DNA of 64,000 nt. Origin: Fimicolochytrium jonesii. Taxonomy: Eukaryota. Positions within the stretch are counted from its first letter, which is position 1. Every line of letters starts with the position of its first letter. Location: the NCBI RefSeq assembly GCF_025526975.1, contig NW_026515692.1, forward strand, positions 124,001 to 188,000, read 5' to 3'. Shown piece after piece: positions 62,822-64,000 of the stretch. Both the position numbers and the translations under genes were made by a program. A model generated the notes under the pieces. It ran no database searches. It saw only the letters and a program-made list of their open reading frames with translations, and had not been told where the DNA came from.

Positions 62822-63674
62822 GTTGGCGTTCCTGGGGGCTCAGAGGGCCGCGGGGACGAGCGGTGTCAATCTGCATGGGTTCGCTGTGGTCAACGGTGGT
62901 GGTAGTGGTAAACGAGGTATGGGGAACTGGGAAAGTCTGGCGGCTTCCGTTTCGTTCCAGGCGGCGCTCAAACAGTCGGTTATCGCACTGGATAGCCTGC
63001 TCCATCACCGCATCAATGATGGCAGCAGGAGGCATCGTGAGCATCAGGTCCTTGACGTTCTCTTTGAGGCCACGGTGGAAGGTCGCATTCAGGGCCTGGT
63101 CATTCCAGGAGACATCGCATCATAGCTGGCGGAACTCAGCGATGTACTAGGTGGCTGCACGGGTTTGGCAAAGGTTCTGGAGCTTGTTTTCGGAGGTGCG
63201 GACCCTGTCGCTGTCTCCGAAGACAGACTGCATCTGACCGATAAAACTATCGAAGTTCTGAAGGCTGTGATCTTGGCGTTTGACTAGGGGCGCCATCCAG
63301 GCTTGCGCAGTGCCGGTGAGGTAGGTGCCAATTGTTTGGATCTTGATGATGTCGCTGGGGTAGCGGTCGGGCCGGAGAGCAAACATCAACCGGATGTTGT
63401 TCAACCACCCACGGAATTTGCTGCGGGTACCATCAAACTTCTCGGGCGAGCTGATTCTTGGCTCCAGAGCTCCAGGAGCCGGGTTGGTGACTTGACGACG
63501 GGCGTACGCATCGGCTTGAACCTGGGTGGCAATGTTCTGGGCAGCTTGTGCGTCGGCTTGCGCTTGCGCTAGGTTGGCCTGCAAGTTGGCGTTTTGGCTT
63601 TGCAAGGCGGCGATGGCTTGGCACATATCATTCCATTGTTCGGCGGTGAAAGGTACGGATCCGGATTGGGACAT
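62822..63674 (-). pseudogene. gag: Ty3/Gypsy gag with premature stops, truncated before the Zn knuckle
   Basis: PEKFDGTRSKFRGWL, YLTGTAQAW, YIAEFRQL, FHRGLKENVKD, EPMQID..RGPLSPQERQ. Stops at 63147 and 63120. Confidence 0.88.
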
Positions 63675-63742
63675 GGTGAAAAGGTTTGGCAGATGCAGGG
63701 CTTGACGGGTTCTGAACATCGCAGTGTTGGAGCAGATCAAAC

Positions 63743-64000
63743 TGTTATGATCTCAACAACTGAGGCGGAAGCAAAGTAGAGAAGACAAGGCGAGAGCGAT
63801 GGGCGACAAGAGATTGTATTGGCAAAACAAGAGACAAGGACTAGAACAAGAGACGAGAAGAACTGGTGTTGATCTGCTGGGGAGGAAGGGAATGGGCGAA
63901 GAGAGGCCGGCTATTTATAGACAGGCAACCCATCAGATCAGAGAACAACAACAACAAGAGGGGACTGGGGGGGGGGGGGGTGCCAGCTATGCTCCTAGAG
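63743..64000 (-). mobile_element. 5' LTR (partial) of a Ty3/Gypsy retrotransposon
   Basis: Ends ...ATAACA on the minus strand just upstream of gag. Contains TATAAATA (63919-63912) and a CT-rich R/U5-like tract. Confidence 0.75.

Overview
Eukaryotic, intron-rich fungal genomic DNA with GT-AG introns and no operons. A class C GPCR and a WHEP-bearing MetRS suggest an early-diverging, chytrid-like fungus; that placement is inference. Conserved host genes: a BBC1/AIM3-type cysteine-proteinase-fold protein, OXA1, TIM8, a PhnP-like metallo-beta-lactamase, SPC98/GCP3, NDUFB7, mitochondrial L19, NDUFS5, a 4-TM protein, a CBM21 PP1 glycogen-targeting subunit, a probable CDC26, MetRS and a mucin-like single-pass protein. 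An accessory block (about 10.8-32 kb) holds a decayed retropepsin-bearing element with an inserted MITE, gene remnants, a multi-exon class C GPCR with two sugar-binding-protein-like ectodomains, and a 7.3 kb CACTA/EnSpm-type transposon. The right end holds an inverted-repeat-flanked Cys-rich gene and the 5' end of a Ty3/Gypsy element that appears to be self-priming. The most striking gene is an intronless, roughly 1085-aa putative RNA heal-and-seal enzyme (2H phosphoesterase, TPR, Cys-phosphatase, P-loop kinase, RNA ligase). All calls come from reading motifs by eye, so splice junctions and starts are approximate.
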